A stretch of DNA of 27,201 nucleotides from Anaerolineae bacterium (GTDB lineage: Bacteria; Chloroflexota; Anaerolineae; B4-G1; SLSP01). The translations under genes and the position numbers were made by a program. The notes beneath the pieces were generated by a model. That model searched no databases, was not told where the DNA came from, and was given only the letters and a program-made list of their open reading frames with translations. The first letter of the stretch is position 1. Each line of letters begins with the position of its first letter. Below are positions 8,244 to 16,920 of this stretch, one piece after another. The stretch covers positions 1 through 27,201 of the forward strand of contig JAIOSN010000031.1 of the NCBI GenBank assembly GCA_021107605.1. Direction: 5' to 3'.

Positions 8244-10211
8244 TCACGGCGGCGGAAGGCGGTCAACTAATTTGGTCAACGGTTTAGATAGAGCGGGACT
8301 CGCGGGTTGAAAGTTATCCACGAACAAATGGTGGAGCAACTGTGCTGACAGGATTCCCACCAGCGCCATCTCATCCATCTCTCCTAACCGCGCGCGCAAT
8401 TGAGATTTACGCCTTAAACGTTCTACTGCCGCAGGGTCGAACAAGCCTGCAACGCGCAAGGCCTCAGGTGACAATAGTTCTGCCACATAATCGGGTGTGA
8501 CCTGATCAAAGAAACTCCTCTGGATAGGAGCGCGATAGGGATGTTTAGTGCGCTGCCAAATCTCGGCAGGCACTAAGCGGCGCCCTAATTGCTTGAGCAG
8601 CCATTTTTCTTTGAGACCACGTAATTTCATCCTGGAGGGCAGCCGATTGCAGAATTCCACCACGCGATGATCGAGGAAGGGGAAACGCCCTTCTACCGAG
8701 TGCGCCATGGCCATCCGGTCGCCTTGAGACGAGAGCAAATACTGCGGTAAGAAAATCTTCATCTCCAGATACTCTGCTTGCGCTAGAGGCGACCAGCCGG
8801 CAAATGGGACTGGCAAAGGGAATGGAGTATGTTGCTCAGAGATAGTTATTTGTTCCCCGTCTACCAGAAAACGTTGAAGCCGTGAGGTGTTAGTCCACCG
8901 CAATATGTGAGAATAGCTGGTTGCATCTGTTGCCATCAGACCTTGCTTGAAGAATGCTTGCAGATAAGGCGACATCTGGTCCCGCAAACCGGGGATGTAA
9001 GGGTAAAGCCGGCGTAACAAGAGTGGGCGCAGTGCTGAATCTGGCTCGCGCGCCCAGAAGCGCCGTACCTTCATCTCTTTGAAGATATTATAACCGGCCA
9101 GGATTTCATCCGCGCCCTCACCGGTCAACACGACTTTCAGGTCATGTTGGTGTACCAAATTTGAGAGTAGAAACATAGGAGCCGGAGAAGCCCGCAACAC
9201 GGGGATTTCCGTATGCCAGATGACCTGGGGAAAAACCCGAGCAATATCTTTATAGTTGCAGTAAACTATCCGATGATCCGTCTTCAGAAATGCGGCCATC
9301 TGGTGCTGGTATTTGCTTTCGTCAAACTCAGCGTCCTCGAAAGCGATGGAGAAGGTATCCAACTGGTTGTGGGTGTAATTGCGGATGATGGCTGTGGTAA
9401 TAGCTGAATCTAAGCCCCCACTCAGATAAGCACCCACTGGAACGTCGGCTCGCAGGCGGATACGAGTGGCGTCAATCAATAGCTCTTCAAATTCTGCCAG
9501 GTATTCTTTTTCTGGACGTGATACGTGCGGCTCAGTGTAGTCCAACGACCAATAGGGAGTAATGGTATAGTCGCCCTGCCGAGCTAGTAGATAGTGCGCC
9601 GGCGGAAGCTCTCGGATATCGTTGAAGATGGTCCGCGGCGAAAGCGTGCTCCAGTAGGTGAAAATCTGTGCCAGAGACAACCTGTCAATGGAAGCTTTGA
9701 TTGCTGGATGTGCTAACAGCGCTTTGATTTCCGAACCGAAGATCAATTTACCCTTATTGACAGTGTAGAATAGCGGACGAATACCCAGGCGATCACGGGC
9801 CAGGAAGAGAGTTTGTCTGCGTGTATCCCAGATAGCCAGAGCAAATTGACCGTTCAAATCTTCCAGGCAAGCGACACCGCGCTCCTCATATAGATGAAGT
9901 ATGACCTCGGTATCTGTGTGCGTCGAAAAGCGATGCCCCCGCGCCTCTAACTGGGGTCGCAATTCCACATAATTGTAGATTTCGCCATTGAAGACGATCC
10001 AGAGCGAACCATCTTCATTGCTAATCGGTTGTTGCCCGCTGCTTAAGTCAATAATGCTCAAGCGGGCACTGCCCAGACCAACCTTCTCATCTCGATAGAG
10101 ACCAAACTCATCCGGGCCACGATGCCGGAGCATCGCTAGCATTTGGAGCAGCACCTCTTTCTCCACTGGTGGTTGCTCTCTCAGATTTAAGACACCGGTT
10201 ATACCACACAT
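8244..10211 (-). CDS. asnB: Asparagine synthase (glutamine-hydrolysing) family amidotransferase
   Basis: N-terminal MCGI (Ntn Cys), HRGPD, FNGEIYN, DTEV, ARDRLG, LSGGLDS, GEGADE, SVEGRFPFLD. Confidence 0.95.
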   Translation of the reverse strand: MCGITGVLNLREQPPVEKEVLLQMLAMLRHRGPDEFGLYRDEKVGLGSARLSIIDLSSGQQPISNEDGSLWIVFNGEIYNYVELRPQLEARGHRFSTHTDTEVILHLYEERGVACLEDLNGQFALAIWDTRRQTLFLARDRLGIRPLFYTVNKGKLIFGSEIKALLAHPAIKASIDRLSLAQIFTYWSTLSPRTIFNDIRELPPAHYLLARQGDYTITPYWSLDYTEPHVSRPEKEYLAEFEELLIDATRIRLRADVPVGAYLSGGLDSAITTAIIRNYTHNQLDTFSIAFEDAEFDESKYQHQMAAFLKTDHRIVYCNYKDIARVFPQVIWHTEIPVLRASPAPMFLLSNLVHQHDLKVVLTGEGADEILAGYNIFKEMKVRRFWAREPDSALRPLLLRRLYPYIPGLRDQMSPYLQAFFKQGLMATDATSYSHILRWTNTSRLQRFLVDGEQITISEQHTPFPLPVPFAGWSPLAQAEYLEMKIFLPQYLLSSQGDRMAMAHSVEGRFPFLDHRVVEFCNRLPSRMKLRGLKEKWLLKQLGRRLVPAEIWQRTKHPYRAPIQRSFFDQVTPDYVAELLSPEALRVAGLFDPAAVERLRRKSQLRARLGEMDEMALVGILSAQLLHHLFVDNFQPASPALSKPLTKLVDRLPPP

Positions 10212-10223
10212 TAAGAGCCGCCC

Positions 10224-11750
10224 TTACGCTAAACCCGTCTTTTTGATCTTGCCTGAAGAAGTCTGCGGCAAGGCATCCCGAAAAACCACATATTTGGGAA
10301 TCATGAAATCCTCCAGATGCGCACGGCAATAAGCCAATATCCGCGCGGTGCTCAGGCCTGTACCTTCAACTACTAGAAAGGCCTTGATAGCTTCCCCTAA
10401 AATTGGATCCGGCACTCCGATAACCGCGACTGCCTGTACCCCCGGCAACCCGTAGAGCACGTTTTCCACTTCTTTGGGAGCTATTTTTTCACCCCGGCTC
10501 TTGATCATATCATCCTTGCGCGAGACGAAATAGAAGAAACCTTCTTCGTCCATGCGGAAGAGATCATCCGTGTAACAGACCCGCTCCCCGGGAATTGGGG
10601 CAGGGCGGTAACGCTTCTTCGTCGCGGCTGGATTCCCCCAGTAGCCGCGCATCACATGCCGCCCGCGCACGACTAACTCCCCCACTTCTCCTGGCCCTAG
10701 CCGGCGCCCGGCGTCATCTTCAATCCATACTTCTGTGTCTGGCATGGCGATACCTACGGAGCCAGGACGTGTATCCAGTTGCTCTGGCGGGAGGCAGAGG
10801 GTCCGTTTGGTCTCGGTCAACCCGTACATGGAGTAAAGGGTAGCTCCGGGGAACTCTTCTCGCAGTTGTTGGATGTGACTAGGGGGCAACGCTGCGGCTG
10901 TATTGGTCAGGTAACGGAGATTGGAGAGATCGTATTGACTGAGATCCATTTTCACCAGGAGGGTAAACAAGGTAGGCACACCCGGAAAACCTGTGACCTT
11001 TTCCGTTACCATTTGTTTTAGAATGGCGGCTGGATAGTTGAACCCTTTTTCCAAGACCAATGTCCCTCCAAAACGAAAGACCATCAGGAGCTGATAGAGT
11101 CCATAATCAAATGAGAGCGGCAGCACGTTGATGATAATATCAGCTGCCACGTTCTCCAAATAGGAAATCACAGAATCAGCAACGAAGACTACATTGCTAT
11201 GATCCTCCATAACGCCTTTAGGTTCACCGGTGCTGCCAGAAGTGTAAACCAGGCAAGCTAAGTCAAGATCGATATTGACTTTGACCGGTCGCTCGTCAGG
11301 GTAATTCTCCTGGATGTTTTTCCAGGAATGGAATGGAGCGACGAGCTTGTTGACGGTGTTCGCAGTAAACACCAACGCTTTTAACGACGCCACTTCCGGT
11401 AATAGCTGTTCCGCCAGCACGACTCTGCGTCCGGAGGTGATCAGGGCGCTCGCCTGGCAGTTGTTCAAAATATAGACCAACTTCTGATATTTAGTTGAGT
11501 AGTTGACGACAACGAAAACCCCGCCTGCCTTCAGAGCAGCGAAAATTCCAATGACCAATTCGACGCTGTTGGGCAAATAGAGCACAATCCGTTCGCCGCG
11601 CGCTAGTCCTTGCTCTTTGAGGGCATTGGCTAGCCGGTTAGCTTGGGACTCAATTTGAGCGTAGGTTAGGCGCTGTCCACCAGAGATCAACCCAATTTTA
11701 TCAGGTACACAATCCGCTTGTTGCTCTAGAAATTCTTGAACTAGCGTCAT
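10224..11750 (-). CDS. Stand-alone adenylate-forming (ANL) enzyme, probably loading the adjacent carrier protein
   Basis: YTSGSTGEPKG, LSFDYG, YGLTE, RKDDMIKSRG, and C-terminal PQTSSGKIKK. GGAGG SD. Confidence 0.92.
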   Translation of the reverse strand: MTLVQEFLEQQADCVPDKIGLISGGQRLTYAQIESQANRLANALKEQGLARGERIVLYLPNSVELVIGIFAALKAGGVFVVVNYSTKYQKLVYILNNCQASALITSGRRVVLAEQLLPEVASLKALVFTANTVNKLVAPFHSWKNIQENYPDERPVKVNIDLDLACLVYTSGSTGEPKGVMEDHSNVVFVADSVISYLENVAADIIINVLPLSFDYGLYQLLMVFRFGGTLVLEKGFNYPAAILKQMVTEKVTGFPGVPTLFTLLVKMDLSQYDLSNLRYLTNTAAALPPSHIQQLREEFPGATLYSMYGLTETKRTLCLPPEQLDTRPGSVGIAMPDTEVWIEDDAGRRLGPGEVGELVVRGRHVMRGYWGNPAATKKRYRPAPIPGERVCYTDDLFRMDEEGFFYFVSRKDDMIKSRGEKIAPKEVENVLYGLPGVQAVAVIGVPDPILGEAIKAFLVVEGTGLSTARILAYCRAHLEDFMIPKYVVFRDALPQTSSGKIKKTGLA

Positions 11751-11799
11751 CGACTCTTCCTCCAGTTAAAATGCCTGGTCGGGCTTGAGGTAACTAATC

Positions 11800-12048
11800 T
11801 TAAGCCGTTTTCTTCCGGATGTAGCCGGCAAGTTGCATAACTGAATCGAAATTATCAGGTGTCAGATCTTGATCTTCAACCTCAAGGTTAAAATTCTCTT
11901 CAACAAACGTGACTAGATCCATGATTCCCATGGAATCAACAATACCCTCTTCCAAGAATGAAGTGGCATCTGCATAAGGATAGCCCTTTCTACTAAAGAG
12001 AAGGTTTTCAGCAATATACTCACGAATTTTTTTCTCCACCGTTTGCAT
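11800..12048 (-). CDS. Acyl/aminoacyl carrier protein (DltC/ACP-like, 82 aa)
   Basis: Small and acidic, with GIVDSMGIMDLV phosphopantetheine-serine motif and NFDS near the C-terminus. AGGAG SD. Confidence 0.92.
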   Translation of the reverse strand: MQTVEKKIREYIAENLLFSRKGYPYADATSFLEEGIVDSMGIMDLVTFVEENFNLEVEDQDLTPDNFDSVMQLAGYIRKKTA

Positions 12049-12214
12049 GTTTTTTCTCCTAGTTTACTATTGACTCCGCTGAAAAAAGATGGTTCATCAT
12101 AAGGACGCTAAGAAAAAAATAAATTTTGGCGCGAACTTATTTAATCGGGTCTGTCAAAAAGTCAATTTTCTTCAGAGAGTGGAGTTAAATATCTTTATCC
12201 TCAAAATTGTTTTT

Positions 12215-12361
12215 GTAAACGTTCAGACTCTGCGGTTTTGACGGTAATTTGACCTGGGCAGTGCGCTGCTAGGTATCATCAGAACCTGCCACAGGAGTAC
12301 CAGCTGATAAACCTCGGAGATCTGGGGGGGGGTGTTTTTCCTTACCCCCCTGAACGCTTAC
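12215..12361. mobile_element. 147-bp MITE-like element
   Basis: Terminal inverted repeats GTAAACGTTCAG (12215-12226) and CTGAACGCTTAC (12350-12361), 11/12 match. Flanks TTGTTTTT and TTATTTTT (7/8) could be a target duplication. No ORF inside. Confidence 0.55.
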
Positions 12362-12372
12362 TTATTTTTTTT

Positions 12373-12400
12373 CTCCGTGTCCTCTGTGTCTCGGTGGTGA
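12373..12400. repeat. 9-bp-period short repeat (CTCCGTGTC CTCTGTGTC TCGGTGGTGA)
   Basis: Directly visible, 10 bp past the stop of the 913-aa gene. Confidence 0.6.
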
Positions 12401-12409
12401 GATATTTTT

Positions 12410-15151
12410 TCAGTTTCTTGCTCTCAGCCATTGCGTTAGTACAGTTCCCCCGATCAGCAAAAATACCACTGAAATTCCTCCCAGGGCCAGATAAGGTAAG
12501 GTGATCGGTCCCAGTGAAAGCGAGGGAGTAATTACCGGCGGATCTGGATCAATCTCCGGGCGAGGCGTAGCAGAGACGGCCGGTGTAAGGGTGGGGAGTG
12601 GGGTTGGTGTAGAGCGTGGAGTTATGACCGGCGTCAACGTTGTTAGCGTATCTGTCATCACGGGGATGGTACGAGCCAGGTAGCGGATGGCGATAAGCTG
12701 GTTATTCTCCGTAGTAGCTATTTTTTGGCGAAAGATCACTGGCAGCTTGCCGGCCCTCTCCTGTAAGACCATGACTGCACCAGGCAAGTATTCTTCATAC
12801 ATCCGCAAGTGAACTAGTTCAGTAGTTTGCCAGGCCTCCTTGTCCCAGAAGGTATAAGAGAGTGTCGTTTCCTCTGAATCCGCGTGCTCTAGTCCTAGCA
12901 AGTGTAGCCTCCCGTTACCAGCGGTATCAATCCCGTTTACTCCATATAGGGACTTGATTCCTCCGACCACTAGAGCAGACGACCATCTTTCTCCCTCATC
13001 TAGGGACCATTGATGGTATAAAATGGGTCTCCCGTCCTCGTGTTTAGTCCAAAGTAGATGGACTTGTCCGGTCAAGGTGGTGACTACTTGCGGGTGTTCA
13101 CAAGTAGCCTGATCGATCAGCAACGGCGGCGACCAAGTTTTTCCGTTATCCATAGAGTGGGCATAATACACCCACCCGGTAGTTGCGGATATGTCCCACC
13201 ATGTTGAACGCACCCAGGTGATATGTAACACTCCCTGCGCAGAGATAGCCAAACTAGGATGATCCACCATCGCCCAGCCCTCAACGGTAGCATCAAAAAC
13301 TGGCGTTGGCTCTGACCAACTATTACCGTGGTCGTCGGAGTAGGTGTAGTAAATCCCGCGTCCCTCGTTGAGAGGGACAGCATATACAACATGCAAGGTG
13401 CTTTCCCTGCTGGCTACCAGCATTGGATGGTCACCCCCTATCTGCTCCCCCAGGTACTGGGATAATAACTGCGGCTGGCTCCAGTTACTGGCAACGCAAG
13501 CATCTTCTGCCAGGGCCTGGGAATAGAAAATCTCTCCTCTTTGTCCCCCACTCCAGACTACATGCAAGTATTCATCAACGGCGATGAATGCCGGGTGAGT
13601 GACTTTCTCTTCTTCAGCCGAATGCAATATCGCGATAGGCTTTGCCCAACGTTCTCCCTCGCAGCGTGTGTAGATGAGGGCTGTACCTGGTAACTCCTCT
13701 TGTTCTGATTCACTCCATACTAGATGAATGATCTCATTATCATCAATCGCCAGGGCTGGCAGAGATGGAAATTCCGTTCGCTCCGCGATGGTAGTTGGTT
13801 TCGTCCAGGGGGATGATGGCGTACTTGTCCATTTCTGCAGCTCCCCTTGACTTCGCAGCAACCAGATTTGATCGTTTTGCCCATGTCCTACCACCACTAG
13901 CGCCCCCCCCCACTCCCAAAGCGTAGCCAGAGTATCCAGGTGAATCAACTCAGCGGCTTCAGGGTCTGCGAAAATGAATTCTAGCTGTTTGGGTTGAGAC
14001 CAAGTGGTAACGCTCTCATTGTCTGTCGTGGTGATTGTATGCTGCATGGCCAGGGTAAGATTTCCAGTGTGATCTTTTGCGACGAGGAGCAATTGGCCTA
14101 CTCTGGAGCGGTGAAAGGAGACACTTTGGGGACATCGCGCAGCTATACTAAGAATCCGTTCTGGTGCTTCCCAAGCTGCGGCGTCGTCCGGCACACGTTG
14201 TTGGTAAAGTGTACAACTGTTTGCATCCTGACTAGATTTCCAGAGCAAGAAGGCTTCATTGTTGCTATCAAAGGTGAGCTGGGGATGATCGGCTGCCCCG
14301 GCTCGATTATCCACTTCAACTGGGTCAGACCAGGTTTTCCCCTCATCAAGAGAACGTGCATAGAATAGAGCATTCTGATACTCGTCACGCCAGGTTACCA
14401 CCACTTCTCCGGTTCCATCAGTAGCCAGATCCAGATAGGCTGCATCTGCATCTAGCAAACGGAAGTAAATTGTGGTATATAAGGCTAGCGGAGATGACCA
14501 AGTCTGTCCACCGTCAGTTGATTTTCGATAATAGATACCGGCAGGATAGGTTGTGGTATGCGTGGGGCGAAGGTAGATCAAATGCAAGACTCCGTTAGCA
14601 GCGGATACCAGACGCCAGGATAGGGCGGAAGGCGCTATGACTTGTGCCCATTCCCAATTATTATTCTCATGGAGCAGACGACTGTGCAGCAGAGCTCGTA
14701 ACTCTGTTTCCGAATCAGGCGCCGCGAGCCAGATGGCATGAGCGTGACCATTGGCATCCCCCACAATTTCAGGGAATGTCTCCAATGGGCGGGTAACAAA
14801 TTGTCCTCCTATTTCTTCTGTTTCAGGGAGCGTCTCCAATGGGCGGGTAACAAATTGTCCTCTTATTTCTTCTGTAACTAAGACTGGTGCTAGTTGGGGG
14901 GAGGACCATTGCCCCTCAGTGTAGCGGCGGGTGGTAATGCCATCAAAGGCATCCCACCAGAGCACGCGCAAACTGTTCTCTGGCCCAGCTACTACCAGGG
15001 GGGTGGTGGCTGCTCCTGATTGCGAGAGATTGATAGGATCGGTCCATAATTCTTCACCAATGCCTTGAGCAAGGGTATCTCCCCACCAGAGCAAGCATAA
15101 ACCTATTACCAAGCGCACGGATTTTGCGAGTATCATTCTTTGGCGACTCAT
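12410..15151 (-). CDS. Secreted, C-terminally anchored Asp-box (BNR) protein, probably two propellers, 913 aa
   Basis: Signal peptide (TLA|Q); Asp-boxes STDGGQTW, SLDEGKTW, SDDHGNSW, SMDNGKTW and SLDEGERW; TPRSTPTPLPTLTP stalk; C-terminal TM helix followed by RARN. Confidence 0.82.
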   Translation of the reverse strand: MSRQRMILAKSVRLVIGLCLLWWGDTLAQGIGEELWTDPINLSQSGAATTPLVVAGPENSLRVLWWDAFDGITTRRYTEGQWSSPQLAPVLVTEEIRGQFVTRPLETLPETEEIGGQFVTRPLETFPEIVGDANGHAHAIWLAAPDSETELRALLHSRLLHENNNWEWAQVIAPSALSWRLVSAANGVLHLIYLRPTHTTTYPAGIYYRKSTDGGQTWSSPLALYTTIYFRLLDADAAYLDLATDGTGEVVVTWRDEYQNALFYARSLDEGKTWSDPVEVDNRAGAADHPQLTFDSNNEAFLLWKSSQDANSCTLYQQRVPDDAAAWEAPERILSIAARCPQSVSFHRSRVGQLLLVAKDHTGNLTLAMQHTITTTDNESVTTWSQPKQLEFIFADPEAAELIHLDTLATLWEWGGALVVVGHGQNDQIWLLRSQGELQKWTSTPSSPWTKPTTIAERTEFPSLPALAIDDNEIIHLVWSESEQEELPGTALIYTRCEGERWAKPIAILHSAEEEKVTHPAFIAVDEYLHVVWSGGQRGEIFYSQALAEDACVASNWSQPQLLSQYLGEQIGGDHPMLVASRESTLHVVYAVPLNEGRGIYYTYSDDHGNSWSEPTPVFDATVEGWAMVDHPSLAISAQGVLHITWVRSTWWDISATTGWVYYAHSMDNGKTWSPPLLIDQATCEHPQVVTTLTGQVHLLWTKHEDGRPILYHQWSLDEGERWSSALVVGGIKSLYGVNGIDTAGNGRLHLLGLEHADSEETTLSYTFWDKEAWQTTELVHLRMYEEYLPGAVMVLQERAGKLPVIFRQKIATTENNQLIAIRYLARTIPVMTDTLTTLTPVITPRSTPTPLPTLTPAVSATPRPEIDPDPPVITPSLSLGPITLPYLALGGISVVFLLIGGTVLTQWLRARN
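14767..14874. repeat. 54-bp in-frame tandem duplication inside the 913-aa gene
   Basis: 14767-14820 and 14821-14874 match at 51/54; they encode TEEI(R/G)GQFVTRPLET(L/F)PE twice. Confidence 0.95.
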
Positions 15152-15246
15152 TGTTTTCCTCTATGGCTCCAAGAGCGCGCGTTTCTGTTTCTGCAATTAG
15201 CTGGCGCAGATGAGTATTTTGTGGATCCAAAATTAACAGCGAACTT

Positions 15247-16920
15247 TCATTTCCAACCTAGAGTTTCCAACCCAACTCTTAAGGCTGAACGTAACAATGT
15301 GGGATCGCCTAGCAACATTTTGAGATAAGTCAACATAGGCCCAGGGCGGAAAGCCCACTCGCGAAAGGCTCGCTTAGCCCACCACTCCAAATCCTCGGCT
15401 TTTAGCTCTGGATAATCTAAGACTGTGGAGCGGTCCATATCCACCTCTTCCCAACGTGTCCCGGCGCGGAACCACTTATTTTCCACTACTTCTTGAAAAA
15501 ACGGCGTTCCTGGGTGTGGCGCTGCTATATGAAAAAGAACCAAATCAAGGGGTACCCGTTTAGCGAAATCAATTGTTTTACGGATGCTGGCTTTGGTCTC
15601 GCCGGGCATACCGATGATGAAATAGCCCCAGTTCATAATGCCGGCCTCTTTTGACCAACGTATAGCTCGTTCAACTTGGGTCAACGTGGTCCCTTTCCGC
15701 ATCCGATCTAACATCTCTTGAGCACCGGACTCAATGCCCCACGAGATCATCCAGCACCCGGCGCGGTGCATCAGCTGTAACATCTCTGCATCTACGAAGT
15801 CCACGCGGCTGTTACAGGTCCATTTCACCGGCAACTGCCGGGCCAGGATGCCCTCACAGATTCCGACCACATGCTCACGATTGATGGTGAAGAGATCCGT
15901 GTACATGTGTATCTTATGCACCCCTAGCCTCACTAGCTCTTCGATCTCTGCCAATACATGCTCTGGGGAACGGAAGCGGACTGAATTGTTATAGGAGAGA
16001 TGTTTGATGCAGAAACGACATTGACCAGGACAACCTCGACTGGCGACCACGAAAGTGTAAGGCCCTCCGACTAATGGGGCGCGGTACTCATCAAGCGGTA
16101 ACAAGTCATGTCTGGGCAGAGGTAGATCGTCCAAATTGGCAATGAAGGGACGTGAGGGGTTAATGGTAATCTCGTCACCCTGCCGCCACACCAGCCCTTT
16201 GATGCGTGCTAGATAGCTCTCTTTACTCTCAGCTACCTCTCCCTGCCACGAAGATTGCCAGTCTGGATCGGTGGTGGTGAAGAGCCGGCGTAAACGTGTA
16301 GCGAATTTCGTGTCCATCCCGGCCCACCGATCTGCCGTCGTGAGATGCGACTGACGCAGTGTCTCTAGTAGATCCACTAACTCTCGGAAGGTGAGTTCTG
16401 GTTCTCCACACAAGACGAAATCCAGAGCCGGAAACGCCTCCAGAGTAGTGCGTGGCATGGGCGTGACATGCGTTCCAAAAGCAATGGTCTTGGCCCCTCG
16501 CGCTTTGGCTAAAAAGACTCCATACATATCATTTTGAAGTGTCGGTGCGGTAACTTGAGTTAGATAATAACGGGGATGCTTCTCGTCCAGCAATTGCTCA
16601 AAGGCTTCCCAACTCATCCGCGAGGGGATGGCATCAATGAGAGCTACTTTATAATCAGGGAAAAGCGCGGCTATCTGGGCTAGACTTACTTGTGGCCAGA
16701 TCATCCCTTCACGCGAGCGCCGACCCACGCGATGTTGGCTACGAATCCAGATACCGCGATCCGGCCCCGGAGGATTTACCAGCAGAATATCGACCGCGCC
16801 TTCAGGGCGTGCTTGTATGCGTTCCTTAACCCAGCCGTCAGTATTGGGGAAATTGGGTGGATGAAGGTGTTGGCGAGTATGGCGACCTCGGTTCTGATAT
16901 TTGTTTTCCCGCTGAGACAT
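15247..16920 (-). CDS. B12-binding-domain radical SAM protein, HpnJ-like
   Basis: ILLVNPP...SLAQIAA N-terminal domain, RGCPGQCRFC (CxxxCxxC), KWTCNSRVD, GIESG, FIIGMPGET, AAPHPGT. Start overlaps the upstream stop (TAATG). Confidence 0.88.
   Translation of the reverse strand: MSQRENKYQNRGRHTRQHLHPPNFPNTDGWVKERIQARPEGAVDILLVNPPGPDRGIWIRSQHRVGRRSREGMIWPQVSLAQIAALFPDYKVALIDAIPSRMSWEAFEQLLDEKHPRYYLTQVTAPTLQNDMYGVFLAKARGAKTIAFGTHVTPMPRTTLEAFPALDFVLCGEPELTFRELVDLLETLRQSHLTTADRWAGMDTKFATRLRRLFTTTDPDWQSSWQGEVAESKESYLARIKGLVWRQGDEITINPSRPFIANLDDLPLPRHDLLPLDEYRAPLVGGPYTFVVASRGCPGQCRFCIKHLSYNNSVRFRSPEHVLAEIEELVRLGVHKIHMYTDLFTINREHVVGICEGILARQLPVKWTCNSRVDFVDAEMLQLMHRAGCWMISWGIESGAQEMLDRMRKGTTLTQVERAIRWSKEAGIMNWGYFIIGMPGETKASIRKTIDFAKRVPLDLVLFHIAAPHPGTPFFQEVVENKWFRAGTRWEEVDMDRSTVLDYPELKAEDLEWWAKRAFREWAFRPGPMLTYLKMLLGDPTLLRSALRVGLETLGWK

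Noticed and set aside
12049-12214. DltX-like small peptide or a promoter upstream of the carrier gene
   Set aside because: Only a 13-codon ORF without a TM or aromatic tail was found; TTGACA and TTGACT have no properly spaced -10; the TGGCGC site lacks the sigma54 -12 GC and faces the wrong way.
2767-15151. Calling the BNR proteins sialidases or sortase/exosortase substrates
   Set aside because: Asp-boxes are not specific to sialidases; no RIP motif, LPxTG or PEP-CTERM motif is seen.
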